In this document: positions 1 to 8,536 of the stretch, one piece after another
Layout: each line of letters starts with the position of its first letter
Position numbering within the stretch: position 1 is the stretch's first letter
IMG/VR virus record: IMGVR_UViG_3300025818_000181
Span: 1 to 24,360 of that record
Source: a virus
Taxonomy: Duplodnaviria > Caudoviricetes
DNA length: 24,360 nucleotides
Strand: one strand, 5' to 3'
Translations under genes and position numbers: made by a program
The notes under the pieces: model-generated
Told to the model about the DNA's origin: nothing
Database searches by the model: none
The model's input: the letters and a program-made list of their open reading frames with translations, nothing else

Positions 1-2649
1 AATACTCCCCACAACGGTGCCGTCTTTGAAAAAGCCTATAATATCACCATCAGACGTTTTGCGATTAAATGCGGCACTAAGTTGTCCATCAGTAACAAAT
101 TGATTGTCTGTAGACGATAATCTAGCACCAACTGTACTAAAAGAAGAACTCGTCTTACCCACCAGCAAGTTACCGCTGCTGTCGATGCGCATGGCTTCGG
201 AGGTATTTATGTTGAATATATGCTGAACAGCACCATAGAAAAAACTACTATATGCGGTGTCGGCAGAATTGCGTGACTGTATCTTACTTACGCCACCACT
301 GTCTGTGATTTGAACACGATCCCCTGCCGTTTTCACATCTAACTTAGTACTAGGCGAAGTCGTCCCAATGCCTAAACTTTCCGCACTCGCATCCCAGAAG
401 AACTTTGCCGTGGTGCCTGTGTCCTCGTAGAAGCTGATGTCGCCGTCTGGACTAATACGCATACGTTCTAATTCGGAAGCGTTAGTCCTAAACCTAAGAT
501 TACCCCCAGAAGGATTGCTCAACTCTGTGTTTGAACCAACTGTCTTCAGCGTTGTATTTGTAGAGCCATCCGTGTCTGTAATAGTAATCACAGGATTACT
601 TTGAGCAACAGTCAGCCCATCGCTGGTCAAAGTCCCCGTGATGTCTACGCCTGTGCTGGTGGTGGCGAGTTTTTCTGCGTTACTGTAATACAACTTAGCC
701 CATCCAGTAGGAGCATTAAAAGCTGCATAAGTTTGCGTCTGGTCACTGTTTGTAAGAAAGATATGGTTCTGGCCACTCAAGTATAAATTACCTGCGCCAC
801 TTTCTTCAACATAGCTGTCAGTACCATCATGGTAAATCTGTAGGTCAGACCCTGCGCCGAAGATGGCTTTGTCGTTGTCGCCGAAGGATACATCGCCAGT
901 AAACGTACCACCTGTTAGCGGCATAAACCCAGAACCAGCCGTAACACCCGCTTCCCAAGCAGAACCATTGTAGACTTTTAGAACACCGCTTGATGTATTA
1001 AAGAACAGATCCCCAGTATCTAGGCTAGTTGTTGGATCAGTAGCACCAATGCGGTAGGTATTTGCAAAACTCTGAACATCAGTCAGATTTGATGCAACAG
1101 TAGTAACATCAGAAATTGCGCCGCCAACACTGTTCACATTGCTAATTGATCCAGCAACAGTGCCGATTGTATCAGTGCCATTTAGGTTGGTTGCAATCGT
1201 ACCAATGTTTGCTGTGTCACCAGCCACCGTTGTAACATTTGCGCTGATCCCTGCAACCGTGGTGACGTTAGCAGATATGCCAGCAACCGTTGTAACGTCA
1301 GCAGAAATACCACCTACAGCATTTACGTTAGCAATATTGGTAGCAACAGTACCAATGTCAGTACCATCCGCAGCCACTGTAGTTACATCCGCGCTAATCC
1401 CAGCGACTGTCGTTACATTTCCAGATATACCCGCAACCGTATTTACGTTGGCAATATTTGTTGCAACCGTACCAATGTCAGTGCCATCTGCCGCAACCGT
1501 CGTAACGTCTGAGCTAATCCCTGCTACCGTTGTAACGTTTCCAGAAATGCCAGCCACTGTCGTAACATTTGCAGAAATGCCAGACACTGTGTCAATGTTT
1601 GTTTGCTCGGCAGATGTAGGTGTTGTGCGCTTCCAGGCTGTGCCGCCTAAATCGTACACCTTCATCACATTGTTGGTTGTGTCAAAGTATAACGCGCCGT
1701 CAATCAGCGCATCGCCATCATTGTCTAGCGTTGGATCACTTGCCTTTGCGCCAAGGTAACGATCATCAAAGTTGTCATAAGCCAACTCTGCCGCAGCCTG
1801 TGCGGCTTCTGTTGCTGCCTGTGCTGTTTCAGCATTTGTCTCTGCTGTCTCGGCATTTGTCTCCGCAGTTTCCGCAGCGGTCTGAGCTGTCTCGGCGGCA
1901 GTCTGCGCAGCCTCCGCAGCCGTTTGCGCAGTCTCTGCCGCAGTCTCTGATGCAGCCGCTGCGCTTGCGCTAGATGCCGCAGATGCCGCGTCTACCAGCA
2001 ATGCCCACTTTGCGCTATCTGTGTTTGTGCTGATCGGTGTAGATCCGCTAGATGTGTGCGCAGTAATACAGATATAAACGTTGCTATTGCTTGCATCTTT
2101 AACAATATCACGCACCGAGAATGCTGTGCTTGTAGCCCAATCACCCTGCCAAACGCCAAGCTCTTGGGTAACCGCTAAGTCACCAGAAGCATCAAACGAG
2201 AATACTTTGTTCGCACGATCAGCAGCAGAAATCGTAAACTCAGATCCAGTAATTGTGTTTGTGCGTGATGCCTTGATTGCTCGGCCCAACTCTTCGTTGT
2301 GTTGCTGAACCATAAACGTTAGCTTGTCCAAGCTTTCTTCTAGCGATTGCGCTGGGAATGGATCGTTAGGAACCAGATCAAGTCCTTGCGTTAGCCCCTG
2401 CTCTCGCAGAATAACAACAGTTTCTGTAGCCGTGGGCGCTGTCGTAAACACTACGTTACCGCCGCCAACATCACCTACGCCTGTCACAGTGTAGTCAGTT
2501 GTTATTGTTTGAATTGTTTCTGCGCCGTTGCTTGCCCGAACGATGACAGTCAAGTCACTCTGGTCAAACACTTTGAACGTATATGCAAAAGTTGTCAGCG
2601 AACCGTTGCCGCTGTACGATACTCTGTTTGTGCTGCTCGATACTGTCAT
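1..2649 (-). CDS. Tail fibre protein (3' partial, at least 883 aa; not in ORF track because no stop in window)
   Basis: Own translation: ATG at 2649 after AAGGA RBS, MTVSSSTNRVSYSGNGSLTTFAYTFKVFDQSDL (T7 gp17-like N-terminal adaptor), Ala/Thr heptads, VTTVAGIS repeats, then ERMRISPDG, LGIGTTSPSTKLDV, EAMRIDSSGNLLVG and FNRKTSDGDIIGFFKDGTVVGSI. Frame spot-checked as open at the start, near 1950-2000 and at the window edge. Confidence 0.93.
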   Translation of the reverse strand, partial: MTVSSSTNRVSYSGNGSLTTFAYTFKVFDQSDLTVIVRASNGAETIQTITTDYTVTGVGDVGGGNVVFTTAPTATETVVILREQGLTQGLDLVPNDPFPAQSLEESLDKLTFMVQQHNEELGRAIKASRTNTITGSEFTISAADRANKVFSFDASGDLAVTQELGVWQGDWATSTAFSVRDIVKDASNSNVYICITAHTSSGSTPISTNTDSAKWALLVDAASAASSASAAAASETAAETAQTAAEAAQTAAETAQTAAETAETNAETAETNAETAQAATEAAQAAAELAYDNFDDRYLGAKASDPTLDNDGDALIDGALYFDTTNNVMKVYDLGGTAWKRTTPTSAEQTNIDTVSGISANVTTVAGISGNVTTVAGISSDVTTVAADGTDIGTVATNIANVNTVAGISGNVTTVAGISADVTTVAADGTDIGTVATNIANVNAVGGISADVTTVAGISANVTTVAGISANVTTVAGDTANIGTIATNLNGTDTIGTVAGSISNVNSVGGAISDVTTVASNLTDVQSFANTYRIGATDPTTSLDTGDLFFNTSSGVLKVYNGSAWEAGVTAGSGFMPLTGGTFTGDVSFGDNDKAIFGAGSDLQIYHDGTDSYVEESGAGNLYLSGQNHIFLTNSDQTQTYAAFNAPTGWAKLYYSNAEKLATTSTGVDITGTLTSDGLTVAQSNPVITITDTDGSTNTTLKTVGSNTELSNPSGGNLRFRTNASELERMRISPDGDISFYEDTGTTAKFFWDASAESLGIGTTSPSTKLDVKTAGDRVQITDSGGVSKIQSRNSADTAYSSFFYGAVQHIFNINTSEAMRIDSSGNLLVGKTSSSFSTVGARLSSTDNQFVTDGQLSAAFNRKTSDGDIIGFFKDGTVVGSI
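1100..1600 (-). repeat. Imperfect 30-bp (10-aa) tandem repeats in tail fibre shaft (VTTVAGISGN / IGTVATNIAN / VTTVAADGTD units)
   Basis: Recurrent gcaaccgt-tgtaac and accaatgtcagt blocks; the translation shows about 15 decapeptide units with a duplicated higher-order block. Boundaries approximate. Confidence 0.85.
1790..1955 (-). repeat. 21-bp (heptad) repeats AETAQTA/AETAETN, coiled-coil stalk of tail fibre
   Basis: Translation ETAAETAQTAAEAAQTAAETAQTAAETAETNAETAETNAETAQAATEAAQAAAE. Confidence 0.85.
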
Positions 2650-2705
2650 AGCAATTCCTTACTTTGCAGAAAAAATACCACATTATGTTGTAGTTGTGTA
2701 GTCAT

Positions 2706-5189
2706 CTATTCAAAAGCCCCCGCTATATCTGGTAGTCGGGATGGAGCGCTATCACCTGGCCCCCACCAATACTCTTGACCAAACTCCCTGCGCGCCCGTG
2801 TTTCTGCCCTGCGCATCTTCGATCTTGCCTTAGGATCAGTCATAAGTTGCAGCTGATCCCAGACCTTACGCTCTAGCGCCAGGCGTGAATACCAAAGAGA
2901 GGATCCTGGCATATAGCGTTGGGTAAACTTAACCAATTCGCCAGCTGCATTTGTATCTTGGCCCGTTGCCGCCTGGTATAAGTTGCCAACAGTTAGCTTT
3001 AAAGTATCATCTGCAAACCCAAAGACAGGCCCAGCGATTGTCTCAGCAAGCCCGCCACCAAAACGGTTTGTTCCCGAATTTAGAAAATCACCGAAGATCC
3101 CAAGGCCACCGCCTTGCATGAATGCCGCAAACCAAAACTTAGCAGTTTCCTCGCCATCGCCAAACATATCGCGCGGATCTCGACCCTTAGACATTTCTTT
3201 TAGTTGCAATGCCAGGGCGCCCATCATCGTCGTAGAAATAAGCAAGTTTGCAAAATATGACGCCTTAGTTGACGATCCTTCTAGCTGCATACCCCGCATC
3301 AAATGCGTATTGACGACCGTTACGCCAAAGTTCTTATACATCGCAAACGACCTGGATATTTCACCAGATACTGTGCCAGGCTGTGTTTCACCCGTTAAGA
3401 ACACACGACCGCGCAATGAATTAGACGGAACCGCGAAGTTTGTTTCCGTATTAATCATTTCCAGGAAGCGGGTAGCTACATCTTCGCGCAGCGCTTCATC
3501 TACATCAGCTCGATCCATCAGATCTGTAGGCCGAATAAACTTAGCCCCACGCTCATCGAATGGATCCGTAGATCTAATAACGTCCCATTGCTCAGATCCG
3601 ATATTGTAACGCTCCATAGTAGATCTAAAGTTTGGATCTAGCTCATCGAACGTTTTGCCCGCATTCCGCGCAACATTTCCCTGGAACTCCATGCCAAACG
3701 CCCAGCGCCCTGCCGAAGTCATAGGCGACAAGAAAGACGCGCGCATTACAAAATCAGATATGCGCCTGGTAACTTCTGGCCCAGACATATCGCCAACAAA
3801 ACGCATTTGCCCAGCTGCCAGGCTAGTCCAGCCTTCTGCAATCAAACCCGAACTAATCGCTAGTTCGCCTTTTTCTTTTGCACCAAGAGGGTTCACGTAA
3901 TCTAGGTATTGCTGCAATGTCCTGGTTTGCGACAATCCAGTAAACTGACGAGCCATACGTTGAAAGTTTAGATCTGTAATTGCTGAGATAGCCGCTGCCC
4001 CCAGCTGTGCCGATTGAAGTAACTGCCTGGTGCCAGCAAAAACTGAGGCAAACCGACCATCGATCGGCGCATTGTTTCTGCCAGTGACAGCTGAATAAAA
4101 CTCATCGATCCGCTTTGCTGTCTTGTTCGCTTTATCAATAAGCTTTGGATCCGCTGTTTCCTGGGCGGGCTTCATTAGCGTTTGTTTAATAAAGTTTGTT
4201 GTTGCAGCTGGGTTTGGCCCCAGGATCTCCATCAATGCAATGTCGCGTGACATATTCTTTACATGCGACACCATTACATCGAATACGTTAGCATCACCAA
4301 ACTGTTGCTGGTATTCCATCCAGCTATCAGCACTCTTGAACGACAAGAACCTGTGATCCTGGCGACGATTGCCCAAGATCTTTCCGCGACCGCCAGATCC
4401 AGGATTAAGCTTGTTAAATCCATCGGACGTTATGGTGTCATAAACATCCTTCAAGGCCATATCCAAGCGCATGTCACTAAATGGCAAGCCAGTTTGCTCA
4501 TCGATCATTTTATTGCGATCGAGGCGCGGCACAATAAATTCGCGCCACTTTTGATAACCAGCTGCCTTGATCTGAAAGCGATCATGGTTTTGCGGCAGAC
4601 CCCAATCCTCACGCTTTGGAACGTTCCCGCCAGCCTTATTAAACTTTTTGCGTAGGGTTTCAGCTGTTGTTTTCCAGGCTTGTGCCATTTCCCTGGCGCT
4701 TACATCACCAGTATTTTCACCAAAGATCTCCCGTGTAAGGTTCTTTAGCTGCGCCTTTTGACGCACCTCGCCGATAAGATTGCGGCGAAACGTACCTAAG
4801 ATTTGGTTCATTTCTGCAAACGCAAAGCCTGTAATCGCTTCTTCACGTTGTGTTACAGCTGAAAACCTGGACATTCCGTCTTGCTCGAACAATGCCAGGG
4901 CAGCTGCGTTAGGATCAGCGCGACCGAAACGGTCTCGATAGTTCTCCAGGTTGTCAGTGATCTGTTGCCATACGCGCATCTGCGTAATTTTTTGCCGCTT
5001 GGCATGAGCCGTTTTATTCACCAGGGCATTGTATGTATCTTGCCCAGCTTCTTCTGCCGCCTGAACAGCGCCCATGCCCTTAGACTTTTCTTCGTAGATC
5101 TCATCGAACAAGTCGCGCGTTTCATTGGCTTGCTCTTTTGTCAGCGTTCCGCTGTTTTCCAGATCATCGATACACTTGCGAAAACTCAT
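2706..5189 (-). CDS. Internal virion (ejection) protein, last of the cluster, T7 gp16 C-terminal position equivalent (827 aa)
   Basis: Last gene before the tail fibre; helical, with Gly-rich hydrophobic C-terminal segments (FMQGGGLGIFGDF, IAGPVFG, YWWGPG). Start moved from GTG 5198 to ATG 5189, which has GAGGTG upstream and an ATGA overlap with the upstream stop. Confidence 0.8.
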   Translation of the reverse strand: MSFRKCIDDLENSGTLTKEQANETRDLFDEIYEEKSKGMGAVQAAEEAGQDTYNALVNKTAHAKRQKITQMRVWQQITDNLENYRDRFGRADPNAAALALFEQDGMSRFSAVTQREEAITGFAFAEMNQILGTFRRNLIGEVRQKAQLKNLTREIFGENTGDVSAREMAQAWKTTAETLRKKFNKAGGNVPKREDWGLPQNHDRFQIKAAGYQKWREFIVPRLDRNKMIDEQTGLPFSDMRLDMALKDVYDTITSDGFNKLNPGSGGRGKILGNRRQDHRFLSFKSADSWMEYQQQFGDANVFDVMVSHVKNMSRDIALMEILGPNPAATTNFIKQTLMKPAQETADPKLIDKANKTAKRIDEFYSAVTGRNNAPIDGRFASVFAGTRQLLQSAQLGAAAISAITDLNFQRMARQFTGLSQTRTLQQYLDYVNPLGAKEKGELAISSGLIAEGWTSLAAGQMRFVGDMSGPEVTRRISDFVMRASFLSPMTSAGRWAFGMEFQGNVARNAGKTFDELDPNFRSTMERYNIGSEQWDVIRSTDPFDERGAKFIRPTDLMDRADVDEALREDVATRFLEMINTETNFAVPSNSLRGRVFLTGETQPGTVSGEISRSFAMYKNFGVTVVNTHLMRGMQLEGSSTKASYFANLLISTTMMGALALQLKEMSKGRDPRDMFGDGEETAKFWFAAFMQGGGLGIFGDFLNSGTNRFGGGLAETIAGPVFGFADDTLKLTVGNLYQAATGQDTNAAGELVKFTQRYMPGSSLWYSRLALERKVWDQLQLMTDPKARSKMRRAETRARREFGQEYWWGPGDSAPSRLPDIAGAFE

Positions 5190-8100
5190 AGTGGACACCT
5201 CGAAATAGCATCAATCATCGCATCGTCCTGGTCTATTTCGTCCAGGAGCTGCCGCGCTGTGACTTTTCTTAAAACTGGCTCTTGCGTAACTTCATCCACT
5301 TCGCCCAACACTTCTAGTGGGAACTCCTCATCTAAGAAGTTTTCGCGGATCTGTGGGATTGCTACGCTTTCAGGGCTTTCAGCCCCCGCTCCAACAGTAG
5401 CTTGCCGATCGCCCCGTCTGACTTCTGGGCCGCTCTCAACTCCATTTCGTCGTAGTCGAAGCTCGACCCCATCGAGGAGGGTTCCTGTTTCGATTGGGAC
5501 GTCTTTGAAATCGTCGCGCCCGCCTTCGTTGTCGATCCTGTAGTAGCCATCTGCTACCCCCTTTTCTCTTAGTGTGTCAAAAGTAATGGCGGGATTATCC
5601 CCCACTTTTTTAACATATTCTGGGTTAATTAATCTACCCGTGTTGATGAAACGACCGATCATCCGTTGCAGTGCTGCCTCGGCGCCGACCTTCATATCTA
5701 CCAACTCAACGTCATATCCCTTTGATTTAAGCAATGAGATTGTGCGCTCAATACTTTCAACCTTGCCGCCAACCTTAGGAATAACCAGGTTATCACCTTC
5801 TTCCATCAAACCTTTGAACAAAAGATCTGACATGAATGAGCTTTCTTCATGTACCGCATTTGCACCAATGCCGCCCTGGTATTCTGGCAAAACCTTCTTT
5901 GCTTCATCCGCATCAACGATCGATGCACCCATCTTGCGCGCGATCGGATTGGCAATCGTACTCTTACCCGCAGCTGGTGGGCCTAGAATAATTACCGCTT
6001 TCTTTTCTTGGCGGGTTGCTCCTGTAGGGAAATCTAAGCCTTCGTCTACCCAGCCTAGCTCTCTTGCGCCTTTTACTAGGTAGCGGAATGCATCATCGAA
6101 TGACGCCTCATTGCTTCCATCTATAATATAACGTCTGTTATCAAACCATTCAATAGCCGCTACATCGTCGCCATCTTTAGGATAACCAGGGCGCTCATTG
6201 GTTAGCGGGATCTCCTCCATGCGGGCTATCGCATCAACGATCGCTGGATGATTAATGATCTGTTCTTCTGGCGCGCCATCATCGACCAGGCGTTTCAGTT
6301 CCTGGCGCTGTATTTGTGGATCTGTCAGATCCTGGCGCAACCCTGCATCGAGAGCGCTCGTCTGGCGTTCCATGCCAGGGCCGAACATATCATCGAACTG
6401 GTTTAGCTCGATTTCCTCTGCATCTGTTCGTATAGTCGGGATTTCTTCTGGAGCATCGAAAGTGCGTCCAACATCGCTAGTTTCTGCGCGGTCAAACTCG
6501 CCATCTGAAATTGCTCGTCTGACATCTTCGAGAAAGCTTCTTGTAGCGGCGTTGTAGTTGCCTGTTTCTTTTGCTTGCCTTGCCGCAGCGGTAAGGGCAT
6601 CTGAGAGGGTTCCCTTACGGTTTGCTTGGCTTTGGAGGAGCGAGATCGCTTTGCCATCGTCGTTAGCCCTTCTTTCATTAGCGTTTTGCGCAAGTTTATT
6701 ACCTTCACCCTCTAATCGAGCCGCGTTAGTAATTAGGTTTTGGAATGCGTTTTTGTCTTTGCGCAGCTGCTTTTGCGCACGATCAAGAACTTTTGCGCGT
6801 TCAGTAAACAAGCTTTGCGTTAAAACTTCTTCACCAAACAAGTTCTCCTGGGTCTCAGTAACCATTTCTGTTTCGCGCACCTGGCGAACAATAGCTTCTG
6901 CCTGGAACTCATTTGCGGGTTCAGTCTTTGCTAAAACATCGAGCGCTGCTTTTTGCATACCAGGATCATCGATCAAACGACCAACGACTGCCGCATGATT
7001 AGGTGCGACAATTTCGTTCTTTACCATGCCCCAGGCATCATCGCCCAAACGTGCCAGGTCATTTGCCTGGCGAACAAATGCAGATTTAGGCGGTAGCTCA
7101 GAGATCCGATCAGGCGCTACGCGCAAGATCTTAGCTGCATCGATCGCAGTGCCTGTGCCTTCCGCAATATTTTTTAACGCTGCAATCACCATTGCATCAT
7201 CAGGCGTAATGCCATCGACTTCGCGCAAACGATACCCGACCATGCGTACATCCTGGCTAGGATCCTGGTCTAAGATACGCTTGGCTAGACCTAAGCGCTG
7301 GTGCCCATCTGCAATAAACAGTTTTCCATCAGCGTATTCATAGATCGTTACCATGCCCGCTTTGATAGGATCCCACTGCGTCACACCTTCTAGGCGGTCA
7401 GTAACACCGTATATGTCGCCGCCTTCTTTGAACTGGAACGTCTTAGCATCTACGCCAATCTCGTTCGGATCAAACTCATCGACCACGCCGCGCAAGTTTG
7501 TTGCTTCATTTATGTTTTCTGGGAGCTGCACCTCAGATCTAGGGGCTTCTGAGATCTTAGGCAATTCACCATCGTTCAATGCGACCGTGGCTTCTTCTAA
7601 CCTGGATTGATGTTCGACCTGGTTTACTGCTTTGTTGCCTAGAGGATTGCTGTCTGTAATAGATTGTGCTGCCTCGTCGAGTAACTCCGCTGCCTCTTGC
7701 CCAGCTGATTTGCGACCCGCTGCATTGCTTATAACCTGGGCGCCACGGCGCACCTGGTCAGCTGTTAGCCTTACAGTTTCTGTCCCGATCTTGATGCCGA
7801 CAGGGAATGCACCACCAATTACGGCAGCTGATCCAACGTTCGCAACAAAATCTTCCCAGGTATAATCTATCCCCAGGCTATCATACCAATCTTTAACGTC
7901 TGGCTGCTGGATCATTTCGACTGTAGCGTTTGTGAACGCTTCACCCGCAACCAGGCCCAGGAAGTTTTTGCCCAGGCGCGCAGTAGGGATAACCATGAAT
8001 GCCTGGTTAATTGGATCCTCGGCACCCGCCCCAAGCATACCCAGAACACGCGCAGTGCCAGGGCCAATCCCAGGAGAGCGCTCTGTCAGCTCGGCAAGCT

Positions 8101-8536
8101 CCCCTTGTTCCTGGTGAAACTTCTCGCGCGCAGCTTCACGCCAGGACTTATCTCGATCTTGATCCAGGACAGAAACAACCAGCTCCTCAGGCAACTGGTC
8201 ACGATTGTCACGCACAAACGTTTCAATATCGTTTGTTTCGTAGCTGTAGCGCGCTGGGCCATAGAACCTGGCGGCTTCACCACTTAGGATTTCAAACACA
8301 TTAGGGCGAATGTACGCGCCAGGGTTTCTGAAAGATTTACCCGTTAATGTTTCGATTTCTTCAACGATTGGATCCCAAGCTTCTTTAATAAACCGCTCCT
8401 CAGAGGATCCGCTTTGCATTAAGTTAGCATCGAAAGACTTAGACAGGTTTTCTACGAAACCGCCTGTCGGTTTACTACGGCGCGGCGTAGTTGCAAACGA
8501 AAGCGGATTTACCTGGTCTGGTAAGTAACTACTCAC
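5186..8536 (-). CDS. Large multidomain internal virion protein with ParB/Srx-like domain and zeta-toxin-like P-loop kinase (1116 aa)
   Basis: Inside the ejection-gene cluster with overlaps on both sides. FIADGHQRLGLA at about aa 407-418; Walker A GPPAAGKST at aa 852-860 (nt 5957-5983) followed by IVDADEAKK, AVHEES and RFINTGRLI. Confidence 0.82.
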   Translation of the reverse strand: MSSYLPDQVNPLSFATTPRRSKPTGGFVENLSKSFDANLMQSGSSEERFIKEAWDPIVEEIETLTGKSFRNPGAYIRPNVFEILSGEAARFYGPARYSYETNDIETFVRDNRDQLPEELVVSVLDQDRDKSWREAAREKFHQEQGELAELTERSPGIGPGTARVLGMLGAGAEDPINQAFMVIPTARLGKNFLGLVAGEAFTNATVEMIQQPDVKDWYDSLGIDYTWEDFVANVGSAAVIGGAFPVGIKIGTETVRLTADQVRRGAQVISNAAGRKSAGQEAAELLDEAAQSITDSNPLGNKAVNQVEHQSRLEEATVALNDGELPKISEAPRSEVQLPENINEATNLRGVVDEFDPNEIGVDAKTFQFKEGGDIYGVTDRLEGVTQWDPIKAGMVTIYEYADGKLFIADGHQRLGLAKRILDQDPSQDVRMVGYRLREVDGITPDDAMVIAALKNIAEGTGTAIDAAKILRVAPDRISELPPKSAFVRQANDLARLGDDAWGMVKNEIVAPNHAAVVGRLIDDPGMQKAALDVLAKTEPANEFQAEAIVRQVRETEMVTETQENLFGEEVLTQSLFTERAKVLDRAQKQLRKDKNAFQNLITNAARLEGEGNKLAQNANERRANDDGKAISLLQSQANRKGTLSDALTAAARQAKETGNYNAATRSFLEDVRRAISDGEFDRAETSDVGRTFDAPEEIPTIRTDAEEIELNQFDDMFGPGMERQTSALDAGLRQDLTDPQIQRQELKRLVDDGAPEEQIINHPAIVDAIARMEEIPLTNERPGYPKDGDDVAAIEWFDNRRYIIDGSNEASFDDAFRYLVKGARELGWVDEGLDFPTGATRQEKKAVIILGPPAAGKSTIANPIARKMGASIVDADEAKKVLPEYQGGIGANAVHEESSFMSDLLFKGLMEEGDNLVIPKVGGKVESIERTISLLKSKGYDVELVDMKVGAEAALQRMIGRFINTGRLINPEYVKKVGDNPAITFDTLREKGVADGYYRIDNEGGRDDFKDVPIETGTLLDGVELRLRRNGVESGPEVRRGDRQATVGAGAESPESVAIPQIRENFLDEEFPLEVLGEVDEVTQEPVLRKVTARQLLDEIDQDDAMIDAISRCPL

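Noticed and set aside
1139-1759. 206-aa plus-strand repetitive ORF and other plus-strand ORFs over 601-2778
   Set aside because: Antisense shadows of the repetitive tail fibre gene; the minus frame has the recognisable motifs and RBS.
1100-1955. Tandem repeats as a possible CRISPR array or DGR template/variable repeat
   Set aside because: Repeats are in-frame coding units varying mainly at third positions, with no unique spacers, no adenine-specific pair and no reverse transcriptase in the window.
2681-2692. TTATGTT resembling a second XerD half-site
   Set aside because: Arm incomplete and no XerC arm at 6-bp spacing.
5520-6004. Classical epsilon-zeta toxin-antitoxin module
   Set aside because: The kinase is a domain of a large virion-cluster protein and no separate antitoxin ORF is adjacent.
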